DNA of 63,190 nt, counting the filler, from Pelomyxa schiedti (taxonomy: Eukaryota > Protista > Evosea): assembly GCA_020536535.1 (NCBI GenBank). It is 7 parts of 7 records of this genome, joined end to end, with 100 filler letters (N's around TTAATTAATTAA, not from the genome) between each part and the next. Parts side by side here need not be neighbours in the genome. Positions count along the whole stretch, not along the records: positions 40,928 to 56,717 come from JAHLWZ010000680.1; positions 56,818 to 59,524 come from JAHLWZ010001919.1; positions 59,625 to 61,283 come from JAHLWZ010002354.1; positions 61,384 to 63,190 come from JAHLWZ010002261.1; 3 more parts are not named here. One strand, 5' to 3'. Position 1 is the stretch's first letter. Each line of letters opens with the position of its first letter. Made by a program: the position numbers and the translations under genes. The notes beneath the pieces were generated by a model, which was given only the letters and a program-made list of their open reading frames with translations, had not been told where the DNA came from and did no database searches. This document shows positions 50,997 to 63,190 of this stretch, in pieces.

Positions 50997-51786
50997 ATGG
51001 CCACACGTGTTCGCGCTAGCGCTGTTTTCCCACTTCCAATTGACCGCGTATGGGCCCACGTTCGTGACTTCACTTTCCCGAGGTATTGTTTCTCCCTTTT
51101 TTTTTTTTGTTCAGCAATTGCTGGTTTTTGGCTGTCGATCATTGTCAGTAATCAATGTAATCATAACTTGTAGCATTTGTTCCATTTTTTTTCTCCCTTT
51201 TTTATGCATCCTTCTCACCCCTTTTCCTTGTAGAACTCTGATCCAAGGGATTGAGGTATGCGAAATGGCCGACGGAGCAGCCCCGACCACTGTTGGCGCA
51301 ATGAGGTATTTGTTTACACAACCGGAATTATATCATTAGCACTGACTAACAATCAAACTACCCAACGCAATCAAATCCAACTAACGCAATCAACAGGAAC
51401 ATGCGATGGGTGTCTGGTGAGGCCCGCACTCACAGGCTCTTGGGTCTCAGTGATCAGTTCTACACTGTGTCATGGGAGCTTGTTGCCTCTGAGCCACACC
51501 ACGAAATCACGGGTGCCATCAGCACACTTCAATTGCACAGGATCACTGAGACCGAGTATGTTCCGACAACAACTTACTTTTCTTATCCCTAACACTTGGG
51601 TAAAAGACAAACGCTTGTGGAGTGGTCGTGCGACTTCAGCAGTGATGTGACACCTGACTTCATTCAGTTTGAGAAGAAGGCCTACCTCCAGAACCTTCTC
51701 GGTATATTTATCTTGCATGTTTGTGCGAATCACCATTACTTACTTCTTTCCACACAGACATGCGCACAGCTGTGATGCGAACCTGA
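50997..51786 (+). CDS. SRPBCC / polyketide-cyclase-2 (Bet v1-like) family protein, 5 exons
   Basis: ASAVFPLPIDRVWAHVRDF, TTVGAMR, HRLLGLSDQFYTVSWELV, LQLHRITET, TLVEWSCDF, then a C-terminal helix. Confidence 0.8.
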
Positions 51787-51914
51787 GGTGAACAACCCAC
51801 CCCAACACAGTTTACGAAAAGTTATTATTTTTAGTCGAGTTTCTTTTCTTCTTCGTTTTTTTTTTCACAGAACTGATTGGGTGTGCGCAAACCAAGTGCC
51901 GCACAGGGGATCAG

Positions 51915-54390
51915 ATGGACGCGGATGATGTGCCAACCAACAGCACTACGAGGGGGAAGATGGGCACGGGGAGGGGCACCAGCCAGTCACTGGGATGGGG
52001 CCTGGCAATGAAGGCTGTGGCCCGCGCCGTCCACACCGCCTACTCTTACACCGCTCCCACGACAACGACAGCTACAGCTACAGCCCGCCNNNNNNNNNNN
52101 NNNNNNNNNNNNNNNNNNNNNNNNNNNNNNNNNNNNNNNNNNNNNNNNNNNNNNNNNNNNNNNNNNNNNNNNNNNNNNNNNNNNNNNNNGGGAGGGGCAC
52201 CAGCCAGTCACTGGGATGGGGCCTGGCAATGAAGGCTGTGGCCCGCGCCGTCCACACCGCCTACTCTTACACCGCTCCCACGACAACGACAGCTACAGCT
52301 ACAGCCCGCCGCCACCACCACGCTGTAAATACGCCCCCCCCGCAGCCGACACGCGACATGGCGGGCCACGCCAGCCAACGACCGGAGCAGGAGCAGGGGC
52401 AGGGGCACGAGCACGAGGTGGGGCCCAGGGCCGCCGCGGAGACCGGGAGCCCCAGCCCCACCACGGTCGGTGATGGTGGTGGGTGCCAACGCGGGGAAAA
52501 CGAGGCGGACGCCAGGGTCGGAGACGGAGACGGGGACGGGGACGGGGCAGCACGCGGCCCAGACGTGAACAATGGAAATGTCGATGACAATGACCACGCC
52601 CCACGAGAAAACACAACAGCACAGTCACAGTCACAGTCACAGTCGTCGTCGGCTGTGGTGGTTTCGGCCTCGGCTTTGCTTGTGTCTTCAAACACTGCTG
52701 GTAATTACTCTTCATTGATTCTGAGAATACAATGTGGGATGTTCCCAACGATGTAGATAGGTTCTCAACAGCAGCAGTGGTCAGCGTGGTTGCAGCCGTG
52801 GTCTTGGTGGAAACAACCTTACGCTACTGCTCCCACACAAGCTTTCTACACAAAGTCGGAGGTTGTTTGTGCTTACTTCGAGGTCCCTTTTTTCTTTAAC
52901 CTTTCATAGTTTGAGGAAGTTCCACCGAAACTGTTTGATGTCTTTGTATCTCTTATGTCCACGCCAGAGTGTGCAATATTTGCCAACGAGATTGAAGTGT
53001 ATGCTTCCCTGTTCTAATTCCCACAACTTACTGATATTCGCGCTTTCTCCTGAAGATTTTTAAGAGACCTCGATACTGACAAATGTGGCACGAAGATTCA
53101 GTCGTTTGTGAGCAGTACTTTCAGAAGAGTGGCTTCTGTACTTGGCAATCAATTTGGCGCAGTCCTATTGTATCGCCGTTTCCTGTAAGATGATTTTTTC
53201 CACTCATATAAGGTTTGACTGTGTTGAGAAATATATAATGGAGAAGCTCTATCCCAGGTTTAATACGCGTCCCATGAATTGATTTTGTGACATCAATTAG
53301 AGTGTTTGCTCCTTCCTCGGAATTAGAAAAAGATATCGCTCTATTCAATAGGGTAAGTGCCAATGCGTTTGAGTCTTTCCCTCACTCTGTGGTAGATCGC
53401 AAAATTAGAATTCATCCAACCGGAACACCTGGATATTTCTCCCACCATTGTGAATATTCCTACTTGGACCAAATGCGGTGAAGGTACTAACCAGTCTATT
53501 ATCTAAAAATAACAGATTTAGTCCTATTCCAGCTTGGGACTAGCAGAACTCCTCTCGGCAAAATCCTGGTTATTCGGCAGTGTTGCAGAGAACTTTTTGG
53601 TATCCCTTCGGAGGCTTTTTTGAATTTACTAACAACCCTGTAGACACTTTACCCCCGAGTACTGGTGCGGACGATTTTCTCTCTGTTTTGATTTTTGTTC
53701 TGTTGCGAGTTAACCCACCTGGTTTGCACTCAAACATACAGTAAGGCAAAATCCTGTCTCCCTTACTCTTTTTTTGAGCTGGGCAAAAGATATGTTCTGG
53801 ATTTCCGATCACCAGATAAGATGATGGCCGAAGCCGGCTACCATGTAGTCAGGTACCAACTAGGCCGCTTTGTTGCCACTCACCTCGCGTTTTTTTAGCT
53901 TATACAATGCGATTGCCTTTATCGAGAGTGTTGACGCTTCTTCTCTCACCATCGACCCAGTTGTATTCAACAAGTAAGATTTTTTGTTAGACCGTAACTA
54001 ATTATCCGGTTACAACAGAAACATTGGTGTCTTTACCGGCTACATACCACCTATAACTGAAGAGACTTGGGTCGTTGTCACCAACCGCGGCAGTTATGTA
54101 TGCCCCACTCTCGAGGACCGTCTACAGCAGCAAGCACCACTCACCGATTCCACAAACAATTCTCCATCAACAGCACCAACAAAACTAGGTTCACTACAAA
54201 CAACATCAGAACCCACAACAACCACCCCGGCACCAACAACTCACACTGAATTCTCAGCCACAAGTACTCCACAATTACCGGAAGAGAACCGGCCATCAAG
54301 TACCGATCATGACATTGATTCACCAACCACACAGCAGATAACAGCATCCACATGTGATGTTTCTGTCCAGGCATTCCCGGTCTATGTTGA
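51915..54390 (+). CDS. VPS9-domain protein (Rab5-family GEF)
   Basis: GADDFLSVLIFVLLRVNPP and MAEAGYH..AIAFIESV motifs, with low-complexity N- and C-terminal regions. Internal N gap has duplicated flanks. Confidence 0.8.
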
Positions 54391-54497
54391 CGCTGAAACA
54401 CAAACAGAGGGTGACAATTCTCATTGATATGGCAAGTTGTACAGAGTAAATAAAAAAGTGTGTAATACAATCATTGTTTGAGAAAAAGAATTTTGTT

Positions 54498-55910
54498 TTA
54501 AAACTCAGCAACGGTTCTTGGTCTCTTGGAATCATCAGGGGCAGAGTGTGGTGGGGAACTTGCTTTGTGCTTCCTTGTTACTGTATCCTCACTGTCACTT
54601 GAAGAGCTACTGCTACTACTACTGCTACTGCTGCTATGCTTATGGTGGTGTTTGTGCTTGTGGTGATGCTTGTGCTTTTCTTTATGTTTGTGGTGTTTAT
54701 GTTTGGATTTATGTTTGTGCTTCTCTTCATGAATCTTACTTGTTTCCACTAGCAGAGCTTGGAGTTGTTCCAGTCTTTTTGTTTGAGACTGAGGTAATAA
54801 AGCGGCAATTTACCTTTCTTTCTTTTCTTGGGCCTTCTTCATCTTGAGCATTTCTTGCTCTCGAAGGAATTCAGTCATGGGGTCCTCCATTACTTTGCGC
54901 TGTTGCTCTAGTTGTAGATTGCCGGACTGAAAGAATTTGCACTCTCTATCACCTGTTAATACAATTAAAGTGTCTTGGAGAAAGAAGGAAATTAGACCTG
55001 CACGATGGCCGTAATTCTGAAGATTGATAAATAACAGTGCATAAAGAGAGAAGGGAAAACCTTGCACCTCCAGCATTGCATCACTTTGACTTCCTGACCG
55101 AGTGGCATCCTGTGTTAAGTTAGTAAATACCGTTGAATAAGTCCACAAACCATAGGCCTTTTGTAGGGGCTCTGGCCAGGAATTCTCTGGCTTTCTGGTT
55201 CTCTGGAGTATCTGGAATACAGTCCTCCGGCCTTTCCTCCTCTTCCTACTGTGGATTAGTCGAAATGGATTACATGGAGAGAACATACTTTGACCATTCC
55301 TGGGGGTGGTTCATACCTGGAAAGCTTATCAGTTGATAAATTAACAACACCCGTAAAAGAAGAACACACTAAAACAACAATAGGGGAAAAAAAGTGAGGC
55401 GATAGAAACGAGAAACAAATTTGGGGAGCCCTCAATCCCTCGACGTGTGGCACCCATAATGATGGCACCACTACAACAGGCATACAGCAGGGCCAGTTTG
55501 CCGGGCGTCGTTATCTCCCGTATGAATCCCTCCTTGGTGGCGTCGTCCACCGCAGGCGCTCCCCTCCCCGTCCCCCCTTGTGCTGCCCCTGCCCCTGTCC
55601 CTGCCCCTGCCCCTGCCCCTGCCCCTGCCCCTGGCCCTGGCCCTGGCCCTCCTCCTCTCCCTCCCCCGGCGCCCCCCGTCCCCGTCCCCGGCCCTGATGC
55701 TCCCCCCTTGCCCTTCCCTTTGCTCTTGTTCTTGCTCTTCTTGCTCTTGCTTTTACCCTTGGTGACTGTGCTCGTGCCTGTTTCGGCGCCTCCTCCTGGG
55801 GCCGCTGTCGCCTTGCCTCCTCCGCCTCCAGCGCCGGCGGTGGTAGTGGTGCTTGATGAGGGCGTGGCGGTGTGCTCTGTTGTGCCTGTCACTGCAATGG
55901 GCGCATCCAT
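54498..55910 (-). CDS. RP9: RP9/PAP-1-like splicing-associated zinc-knuckle protein with His/Lys-rich tail
   Basis: YEPPPGMVK; DCIPDTPENQKAREFLARAPTKGL|MPLGQEVKVMQCWRCK|NYGHRA|GDRECKFF..EDPM matches the RP9 family. The 5' Gly-rich exon is less certain. Confidence 0.8.
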
Positions 55911-56246
55911 CAATCACACTTTGGGCCGAATGACCTTCGAACGTTTCTGAAGTCTATCTCCACCTACAAGCCATGTGCGTGGCTGTGGTAGGAAGGGGGT
56001 CTCAACGGGGAGGTGATTCTGTCAACGTAGATTTCCAGAACAATATTATTTGGGACTCTCCAAAAAATTCGGGAAAATCGCTTTCCAAGTGATTAGCTCT
56101 CTATGGTTGCCTTGGTTTGAGCCTGTATTGGGAGAGACGGTGTAACATTTGTTGTAGACGATGGCGTGAGCAGCCCGCCTGGATCCACCATGGTGGAGAG
56201 GAGAAAAACCTCCAACACAGGGAAAACTGGGTGTATACACACCCGC

Positions 56247-56717
56247 CAAAAAGTGTATACAAATTTTGGGTCCGTTTTGGAGAAAAAAGAAGAAGGAAAA
56301 AAATTACCAGATGGAAAAAAAACTTGTCTAAGTAAGTTCTATTGGCTGATGGATTTCTCGTAATCTGTTGGGACCCTGGGAGCTATTCGGGGGACACCCA
56401 GAACGGACTCTCGTGCCCTTCTAAAGCTGGCATAACACCGTTGTAGTTGTCTGAGCGAAAAGCAAAGTAATAAAGAATAAACTCTGGTTTGTGGTTGGGC
56501 ATCTTACACACAAGAAAAACAAACAACCACCTTACACCCCAGCACCACAAACGTAGCCATCGATGTTGAAGCAGTGCCGCGAAGTCGCCGCGCACAATTA
56601 CCTCAACTGGTACCATCGCCAATAGAACTTACTTAGACAAGTTTTTTTTCCATCTGGTAATTTTTTTCCTTCTTCTTTTTTCTCCAAAACGGACCCAAAA
56701 TTTGTATACACTTTTTG
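56247..56717. repeat. Long inverted repeat (100-bp perfect arms, ~270-bp spacer), right arm truncated by contig end
   Basis: 56247-56346 is the reverse complement of 56618-56717. Confidence 0.85.
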
Positions 56718-56817
56718 NNNNNNNNNNNNNNNNNNNNNNNNNNNNNNNNNNNNNNNNNNNNTTAATTAATTAANNNNNNNNNNNNNNNNNNNNNNNNNNN
56801 NNNNNNNNNNNNNNNNN

Positions 56818-57905
56818 ACTACAAAGCGATTACGGAAAGAAATAGTGTTTCACACCTACTTATACCCACACACGCAAAAAGCATCCCACCAAGTTTGGAT
56901 TGTTCCCCTGATGGTGTTGTAAAACACTGCAAAGAATAGAGTATAGCATAACCAACACCACAAATCTCAATCAGATTTTGAACACACGTTGCAGCACCTT
57001 CAAAAGGGGATGTGGGTCAAAACAAGCTGTCCAGAAAACACAAACAACAGGTGTGTGATGAAAGCATTGTCAGTCACACTGGAAAGACACAACATCACAT
57101 TTCGTGAATGTTTTTGCACGAGGTGCCCTCTTGACAAGGTAATCAATGACTCAAATCAGAAGAGCTTCTTCCACCAATGCCAAAAACACATCAGATTGTG
57201 AAGATGGAAGTTGAGAAGCGATTTGGGGTGGATGAAAACCAACAGGTCACCTTTTTGGATGGTGATGCACAAGAAGTGTCACTCTCTGAAACTTCATCGA
57301 CACTTTCTCAGTTGTTCTCTCTTCTCCCACAATCCACTGCATTGCCGTCATCAGGTTTGTTGTCCCCTGTTTTGCCATCCCAGTCCAACAACAAAAAAAG
57401 GAGAAGAGGAAGAAGAGGAAGCAAGCAACACAGCAGTGGCACAAGTGAAGGTGAGGATGAAACCAGTGATGACAATCATGGAGTCTGATCTGAGCCTTGT
57501 TTCCACACTGGGGAGCGGGTGTTACGGAACTGTTTACAAGTACATCCACATGCCATCATCAAAGGAAGTTGCTGTGAAAACACTCTTTGAGGTGATTGCA
57601 TCACCACACAACGTTGAGAGATTCAGATTGGAAGCTGAGGTTTTCCATTTCATTTAAATTCACCTGATAAAACAAACAAAAACACAGATCGTGAGTGGAT
57701 TGAGGCATCCAAACATCGTGAAGTGCCTTGGAACGTGCACAACAACAATATCAGGGAAACTGTTGATTGTTTCTGAGCTCATGTGTTGCAGTCTCAGACA
57801 GCTTCTGAGGCATGTGAGGAGTGATTCAATGCAGCAACGACTTGACTTCAAACAATTGGTCTCCATCTCACTTGGTGTTGCCAATGGAATGGACAGCCTC
57901 CACAG
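56818..57905 (+). CDS. TKL-type protein kinase fragment (N-lobe to just before the catalytic loop)
   Basis: LGSGCYGTVY, VAVKTL, RHPNIVKCLG, LIVSELM, SLGVANGMDSLHR. No HRD/DFG exon follows on this strand. Confidence 0.65.
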
Positions 57906-58199
57906 GTGTGTAAATCCAACGAAACAAAGATCCCTAATCGCTGACTCTCCACCTTCAGCGCATAGCCTCCTCACCTCTTTTGTTTGTTGTTAGAAAAAGA
58001 AAGTGCGGTGCTATAAATTATACACTCTTTATCTTCTCATTGGAATTTCAATTAAAATTTTTGATAAAATTATTGTTATTTCTGGATAAATTTCTATAAT
58101 TTTGTATGTATAAAATTTATTATTATTATAAATTTACATAATAATTTTGTAATAATAACAAATGTAATATTAATAATAAAGAGAAAGAGAAGCAAGCAA

Positions 58200-58350
58200 A
58201 CCAGCAATGTCGGGAGGTGAAAGGGTCCTCATCGCTTCACCCAAGAAATTTGCTTGCATGTGGAAAGGCAGCTTGTCAAGCGTGGAATCAACAATGTCGC
58301 CGTTGATCATCTCTGCCATTAGCATTCCGAATCCCCACAAATCCCCTGTG
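58200..58350 (-). pseudogene. Isolated kinase C-lobe fragment on the opposite strand
   Basis: GDLWGFGMLMAEMING resembles kinase subdomain IX. Confidence 0.45.
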
Positions 58351-58748
58351 TAAAAATTAAAGGAATAAGTGGGTGAACACCGCAAAGACGGGGAGGTGTC
58401 GGTAAGTTTCGTCAAAGTGACTTGAACCGGTTTAAGTGTTTGTTCGTGATCTTTCTGAGAAGGCCGTATCCCGGGTGATGATTGAGCCTCATGAGGTGGC
58501 AGCAGAACCAGCAGCGAGGTGGTGTATGAACGGGGAGAGGGAAGACAGCCACTGCGTGACACACTCAGTCACTTGGTCGTCAGTCACAACGGTGGTGGTG
58601 GTGCACGTGCATGATGATGAATCATGGTGGTGGGTTGTGGTGACCTCGTGGATGGCCACTGATGTGCAACAACATCGCAGGAGTTGAACAATCGCTGTGA
58701 ACGGAACCCGGTTCCTCTCTGTGAAATTGTGAGAACTCACCACCACAG

Positions 58749-59524
58749 GTGGGACAACGGCAAGACCTACGAGGGCGAGTGGCGCCACGGCGAGTGCGAC
58801 GGGTGGGGCGTCACCCGCTGGCCCGACGGCGAGTGGTTCGAGGGGCTCTACAGGGGCGACCGCCGCGCGAGGGGCGCGTGCCACAGCGCAGACGGCGTCT
58901 ACGTGTTGGACGGGGAGTGGGCGTGGAACGGCGCGGCGCATACGGGCCAGATGCAGGGGTGGGGTGTGCGACGGCAAGTCAAGACGGGAGGCAATGTGAC
59001 AACTATGGAAACGGTGTATGAGGGCCAGTGGGAAGAGCACAAGTGGCATGGCTGCGGGACGTGGCACTCGCCTGATGGCTCGGGTGACATGTACCATGGC
59101 CAGTTTGACCACGGAAAGAGGAGTGGAACTGGGAGCATGTTGTTTGTGGGCACTGGAGGAGGGAGTTACGTTGGGGAGTGGAAAGATGACGTGTTCCATG
59201 GGAGGGGTGTCAGGATTTGGGGTGACGGGACGAGGTACGAGGGTGCTTGGGAGTGTGGCAAGGAGCATGGGGAAGGCACTAAAACGTGGGCGTGTGATGG
59301 GACTTCAATCACTTGTGTTTGGGAGAAAGGTGCCATGGGGTCAGGAACAAAGAGGTGGCCAAATGGTGACGAATTCACTGGCAATTTCACAATGGATGGC
59401 GGTTGTGGGGAGGGCACGGCTACATTCAGGAGTGGTGGGCCTTCTTCCAAAACAACAGTGACACTTGTTGGAACTTTTAAAGAGAATGTTTTTCAAGAAT
59501 GTGGTGGAAGAGGCGTGTGTTGTC
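58749..59524 (+). CDS. MORN-repeat protein (partial)
   Basis: Repeated YEGEW..G..HG.G..W.DG units (YEGEWRHGECDGWG, YEGQWEEHKWHGCG, YHGQFDHGKRSGTG, YVGEWKDDVFHGRG, YEGAWECGKEHGEG). Truncated by the linker. Confidence 0.9.
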
Positions 59525-59624
59525 NNNNNNNNNNNNNNNNNNNNNNNNNNNNNNNNNNNNNNNNNNNNTTAATTAATTAANNNNNNNNNNNNNNNNNNNN
59601 NNNNNNNNNNNNNNNNNNNNNNNN

Positions 59625-60669
59625 CAAATGACAACCTCACAACTCGACGCGTTACCCTGTGTTGCGAGAACACCTTGGTTGGCTCTAGAACGCTGAACAC
59701 ATCAATCCCGCACTCCTCTTCACTGGAGGTACGCACTGCAACATACGGGCCACCAAGTGGCTCAGCACTTCCTCTGCTCAATTTCGTGCTCACGCCAGTT
59801 GTGAGGCACTGCAGCCAACTGCTTCCATCAGTCCCAGACAGCACGGCATACAATACCCCATTCCAGCATATCATGCTCTCAATCTGGTGCACCATCGGGT
59901 CACCGATGGAACCCATAATTGACAGATGGGACGGGTCGGCCCACACAAGCCTGTTCCGTGCCAGCGTAGCCTCCAGGTCAATGACCATGACGCCGCCACC
60001 CCCAACCAGTGACACAACCAGCGAATTATCATCACCAACAAGCAACGCGGAGCCGACTCTCCACGGCATCGCGACGCCCTCCACCTTGGCAACACGGCCA
60101 CTCTCAACTCCATCAAAGTTCCACACCGACAGAGGAGGAGGCGCCGTCTGGCACTCTGTGAGCACAGCGACCCAGCGCCTGTTGTTGCACCAGGGCCAGC
60201 ACGCGTCCAGCCAGTCGCACAGCCTGACGTCCTCCCCGCGCCCGCTGGTGTCGATCACGGCCAGCATCTGCGGTCGACTGCGGTCTGCTGGCTGGGCCAT
60301 CGTCAGGGCGAACCTGTTGCCTGCTGAGGCCTGCGGACCCACGCAGCCGTAGAACCATCTGACCTTGTTTTTGCGTCCGAAGTCGATCATTGTGGGACGG
60401 CCCACGAGTCCAAGGGTCGGCGACACGCCGAACCTGACGAACTCCTTGGCGTCGCTGCTAAGACGAGACGCCAGTTCCACGACTACGAGCCTCGCTGGGG
60501 TCACGATCCACTCTTGGCCGATGCACGACAGCAACGGGGGCGTGAGGGCCGACACCGGGCTGCCATTGTGGAGGCCGCACCGTCCCACAATGACTCCGAC
60601 GCCGAGGGCAATGAATTGGTCGCGTGCGTTGGTGTTGTCCTTGATGTCGACTGCTTTTGGATCTGCCAT
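59625..60669 (-). CDS. Orphan-family hypothetical protein (ARDQFIAL..RCG..QEWIV..GVSPTLG), 3' truncated
   Basis: Intronless ORF sharing motifs with 6219-7655. Confidence 0.75.
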
Positions 60670-60811
60670 CGAGGTCTTGCTCTTTTGAAACGATTGGATT
60701 TCGGTGCGTGCCTTGTAACGGCAACAAATTGGACCCTGGGCACCAGAGTTGAAGGCATTGCTGAACCAAGATCAAACAGTCACAATAGACTCCGATCGGA
60801 GGAAAAAAAAA

Positions 60812-61283
60812 ATGGGGCAGACACACCCAAAGCAACAGACACACCCCACGCAACAGCCACAACAACAGCAACCACAAGTCATCCAACACACCACACCCAC
60901 CACAACCACGGCCAAGTCACAACTGATTGCCCTGCTCTCCGCCCCCGTCGTCGCCAGCAGACCCAAACCACCATCAACGCCAACACCAACCCCCTCCACC
61001 ACCGAACCAGATGCAGCTGCCACAACAGTAACAACAACAGCAACAGCAACAACAACAACCACATGTGCCACTCCGGCGCCGTCATTTATCACCTGGGCGC
61101 GCTCGACGGCTCTCGTCGCGGAGTGGGCCCGCGGCTGGGTGCTCGCGCCCACGACCAACGCGGTGCTCGATCTCCCCGGAGTGCGGCGCTTCCTGCACGT
61201 CTGCGTGTCGTCTGCGACGCTGGGGCTGGTGTCGTCGCACCGGTTCGGGGACTCGTGGGGCGACGTGCGCGGGTGCGTCGGCG
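60812..61283 (+). CDS. Orphan-family hypothetical protein (AKSQLIAL..EWARGWV..VSSATLGLV), 3' truncated
   Basis: Divergent from the previous gene. Gln/Thr-rich, with the same motif order. Confidence 0.6.
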
Positions 61284-61383
61284 NNNNNNNNNNNNNNNNN
61301 NNNNNNNNNNNNNNNNNNNNNNNNNNNTTAATTAATTAANNNNNNNNNNNNNNNNNNNNNNNNNNNNNNNNNNNNNNNNNNNN

Positions 61384-61568
61384 AACTCTCGTCGTAACTA
61401 TCGTTGTAACTCTCGTAGTAACTCTCGTAGTAACTATCGTCGTAACTCTCGTCGTAACTCTCGTCGTAACTATCGTTGTAACTATCGTCGTAACTATCGT
61501 CGTAACTATCGTAACTTGACGAGAGTTACGAGTATAGTATCGTCGTACTATTGTCGTAACTATCGTAA
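61384..61568. repeat. 12-bp tandem array (AACTCTCGTCGT / AACTATCGTCGT variants)
   Basis: About 10 direct units from 61384, then degenerate units and one inverted unit (ACGAGAGTTACG at ~61519-61530). Confidence 0.9.
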
Positions 61569-61595
61569 CATTCATGCAGACGATTCGATCATCCC

Positions 61596-63190
61596 CTAGG
61601 GTGAGGTGCTGGTGGTGACTCTGCGGAGGTGTGTGGCAGTGTTGTTGACAATGCTGGTGTAGAGCTTGTCCCACCAGAAGGCCTTTTGGGTTTTACAGGC
61701 CCAATTGGGGGGTTCAAACTCTGTATCATCCAGCACTGAGGTTAAGTCATTAACAAGGGAGCAGGTTAGCTCTGTGGGTGCTCCTGTCGACTCCCAACAA
61801 ATGGGAGTGAACATGTACTTATCTTTACATCGCGGTAACCACTTGGATCTCTTCCGCTGTTCCTGCTTAGCGGCATTGTCAAGGGATTTGGGGACTTTGT
61901 TGGCTGGGGAGATGTTGGGGCACACAATTGAGATGTCAAGTATGTGAGGAGGAGGGCTGTCCTCTAGGAGCAGGTCGATTCTTCCATCTGTCTCATTGGA
62001 CTCCTCTTTTTGTACTGTGACTCCTGCCTGCTTTGCCAGGAGGTAGAGCAGGTTGACAACAGCATCATGCCTTCTGATCTGTAGACCTCCTCTCTTGCAG
62101 CTGAGCAAGTGAATATCATGTGGGTCCAAGGCATGTCCACAGCAGCATACTCTCCTTGAGCTGAGGGTAGCAGGAACTGCTGAAGTACAAAGGCAATGGG
62201 CAATGCACAGAGTAATTGCATCGTTGGAGAGAGTTAGTTGGGGGACTGAGGGGATGATCTTGGTCCATCTTGAAGCCATGTGTGCTTTGTTGCTTTGTAC
62301 AATGGATTTCTCCACAAGGGAGGCATTGTTCATCCAGTTGTGCTGGTTCTCCTCAAAATGCAACCTAGCTATCTTCTTTTGGAGTTTTGCCGTGGGTTGC
62401 TTTCCTTGGAGTTCCTGCACTATTTTATCTGGAAGAGGATCGATGAAGAGGGGCTGAGTATTTAACACAGGGGGAAGGTGGCTGGTTTCGTGCCAGGAGC
62501 TTTGGATGCATATTTTGTGTAGCACTTCGAAGTCGGGGAGGCCTAGACCTCCCTGCTTTGTGGGCCAGTGGATCAGGTCTTGATTCTTGTTGGGGACTGG
62601 GGACTTCAGCATTCCTTGTAGCAAAGTGTAGATGCTGTGGTTCAGCTGGGTGAACCATGCCCCTTCTGCTGGGGTGGTGCGGCAGAGGTAATTGGGGTTA
62701 TGCGCCAGGGTATGCCTCAGCATCAGGAGGCGGAGCTGGAAGGATTTTAATTGATCCAAGGTGAGGATGTTGCTGGCCCAAAGATTCACTTTAGCTTTCA
62801 CGGACCTTGCAACAAAGTCCCCTTCTCCAATGAAGGAGCCAAGGACTTTGATGCCTTCAGGGGAAGGGGATAGGCCCCTGTTATTTTGCATGAGAGTGGG
62901 GTCTTTGTTGAAGATGGTGCATTTGCTGGGGTTGAGGTGTAGCCCTAGTTTGGGGAGGGTGTTCTGGAGTAATGTAAATGCCTTCAGACAATCCGCAGTG
63001 GGGCCAATCAGGGTACCATCATCCAGGTAGAACAGATGGCGCACAAGAGGGTGTCTCTCAGCTGAGTTGATAATTGCCTGGTGGATGAGGAGGGAGAAAT
63101 AGAAGGGGGCTAGGGGGTCGCCTTGGTGGCACCCTGTGTGTGAGATGACTGTAGTGTCATGAACTATGAGGTAGCCTTGTGGGTTGTAAC
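61596..63190 (-). mobile_element. Non-LTR retrotransposon with RT + CCHC zinc finger + restriction-like endonuclease (CRE/SLACS/MoTeR-like), 5' end beyond window
   Basis: Frame is open from the window edge. RT motifs GCHQGDPLAP, FYLDDG, GLHLNPSKC, GIKVLG, GGLGL; CCCG..HLLSC; RRHDAV; RIDLL..LDISI..K..K nuclease-like motif. Stop at 61596-61598. Confidence 0.9.

Noticed and set aside
55341-55950. Pro/Ala-rich + strand ORF 55447..55950
   Set aside because: Antisense of a Gly/Ala-rich hexamer-repeat exon on the minus strand.
61384-61568. Tandem array as a CRISPR array or a Thr/Val-rich ORF (61336..61674)
   Set aside because: The 12-bp units are contiguous with no unique spacers, there are no cas genes and the context is eukaryotic. 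The ORF is just the translated repeat.

Overview
This is eukaryotic, intron-rich genomic DNA (introns mostly 50-110 nt) made of seven separate contigs/scaffolds. They are joined by artificial N-TTAATTAATTAA-N linkers (at about 20082, 38098, 40872, 56762, 59569 and 61328), and there are internal 100-N gaps with duplicated flanks. Gene content (flagellar inner-arm dynein light chain p28, tyrosine-kinase-like kinases, MORN repeats, Thr-rich orphan families, intron-bearing genes of bacterial type) suggests a flagellated amoebozoan protist such as an archamoeba; this is an inference. The standout is a minus-strand gene of about 12 exons (14876->8541, roughly 1,800 aa). It fuses a GH31 alpha-1,4-glucan-lyase-type domain (WQDMVTP nucleophile motif) in frame, inside one exon, to an aldos-2-ulose dehydratase/isomerase (beta-propeller plus cupins). 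That would place the whole glycogen/starch -> 1,5-anhydrofructose -> ascopyrone M/microthecin route in one polypeptide. Other notable items: an intron-containing B12-binding radical SAM gene; an intron-containing RhaM L-rhamnose mutarotase; an atypical Rho (Q61G)-kelch-F-box fusion; a restriction-like-endonuclease non-LTR retrotransposon abutting a 12-bp tandem array; and a candidate box C/D snoRNA. Housekeeping genes include SEC63 (three partial or near-identical copies), NOP58, a VPS9 protein and RP9. Exon boundaries were inferred by eye from GT-AG sites and reading phase.
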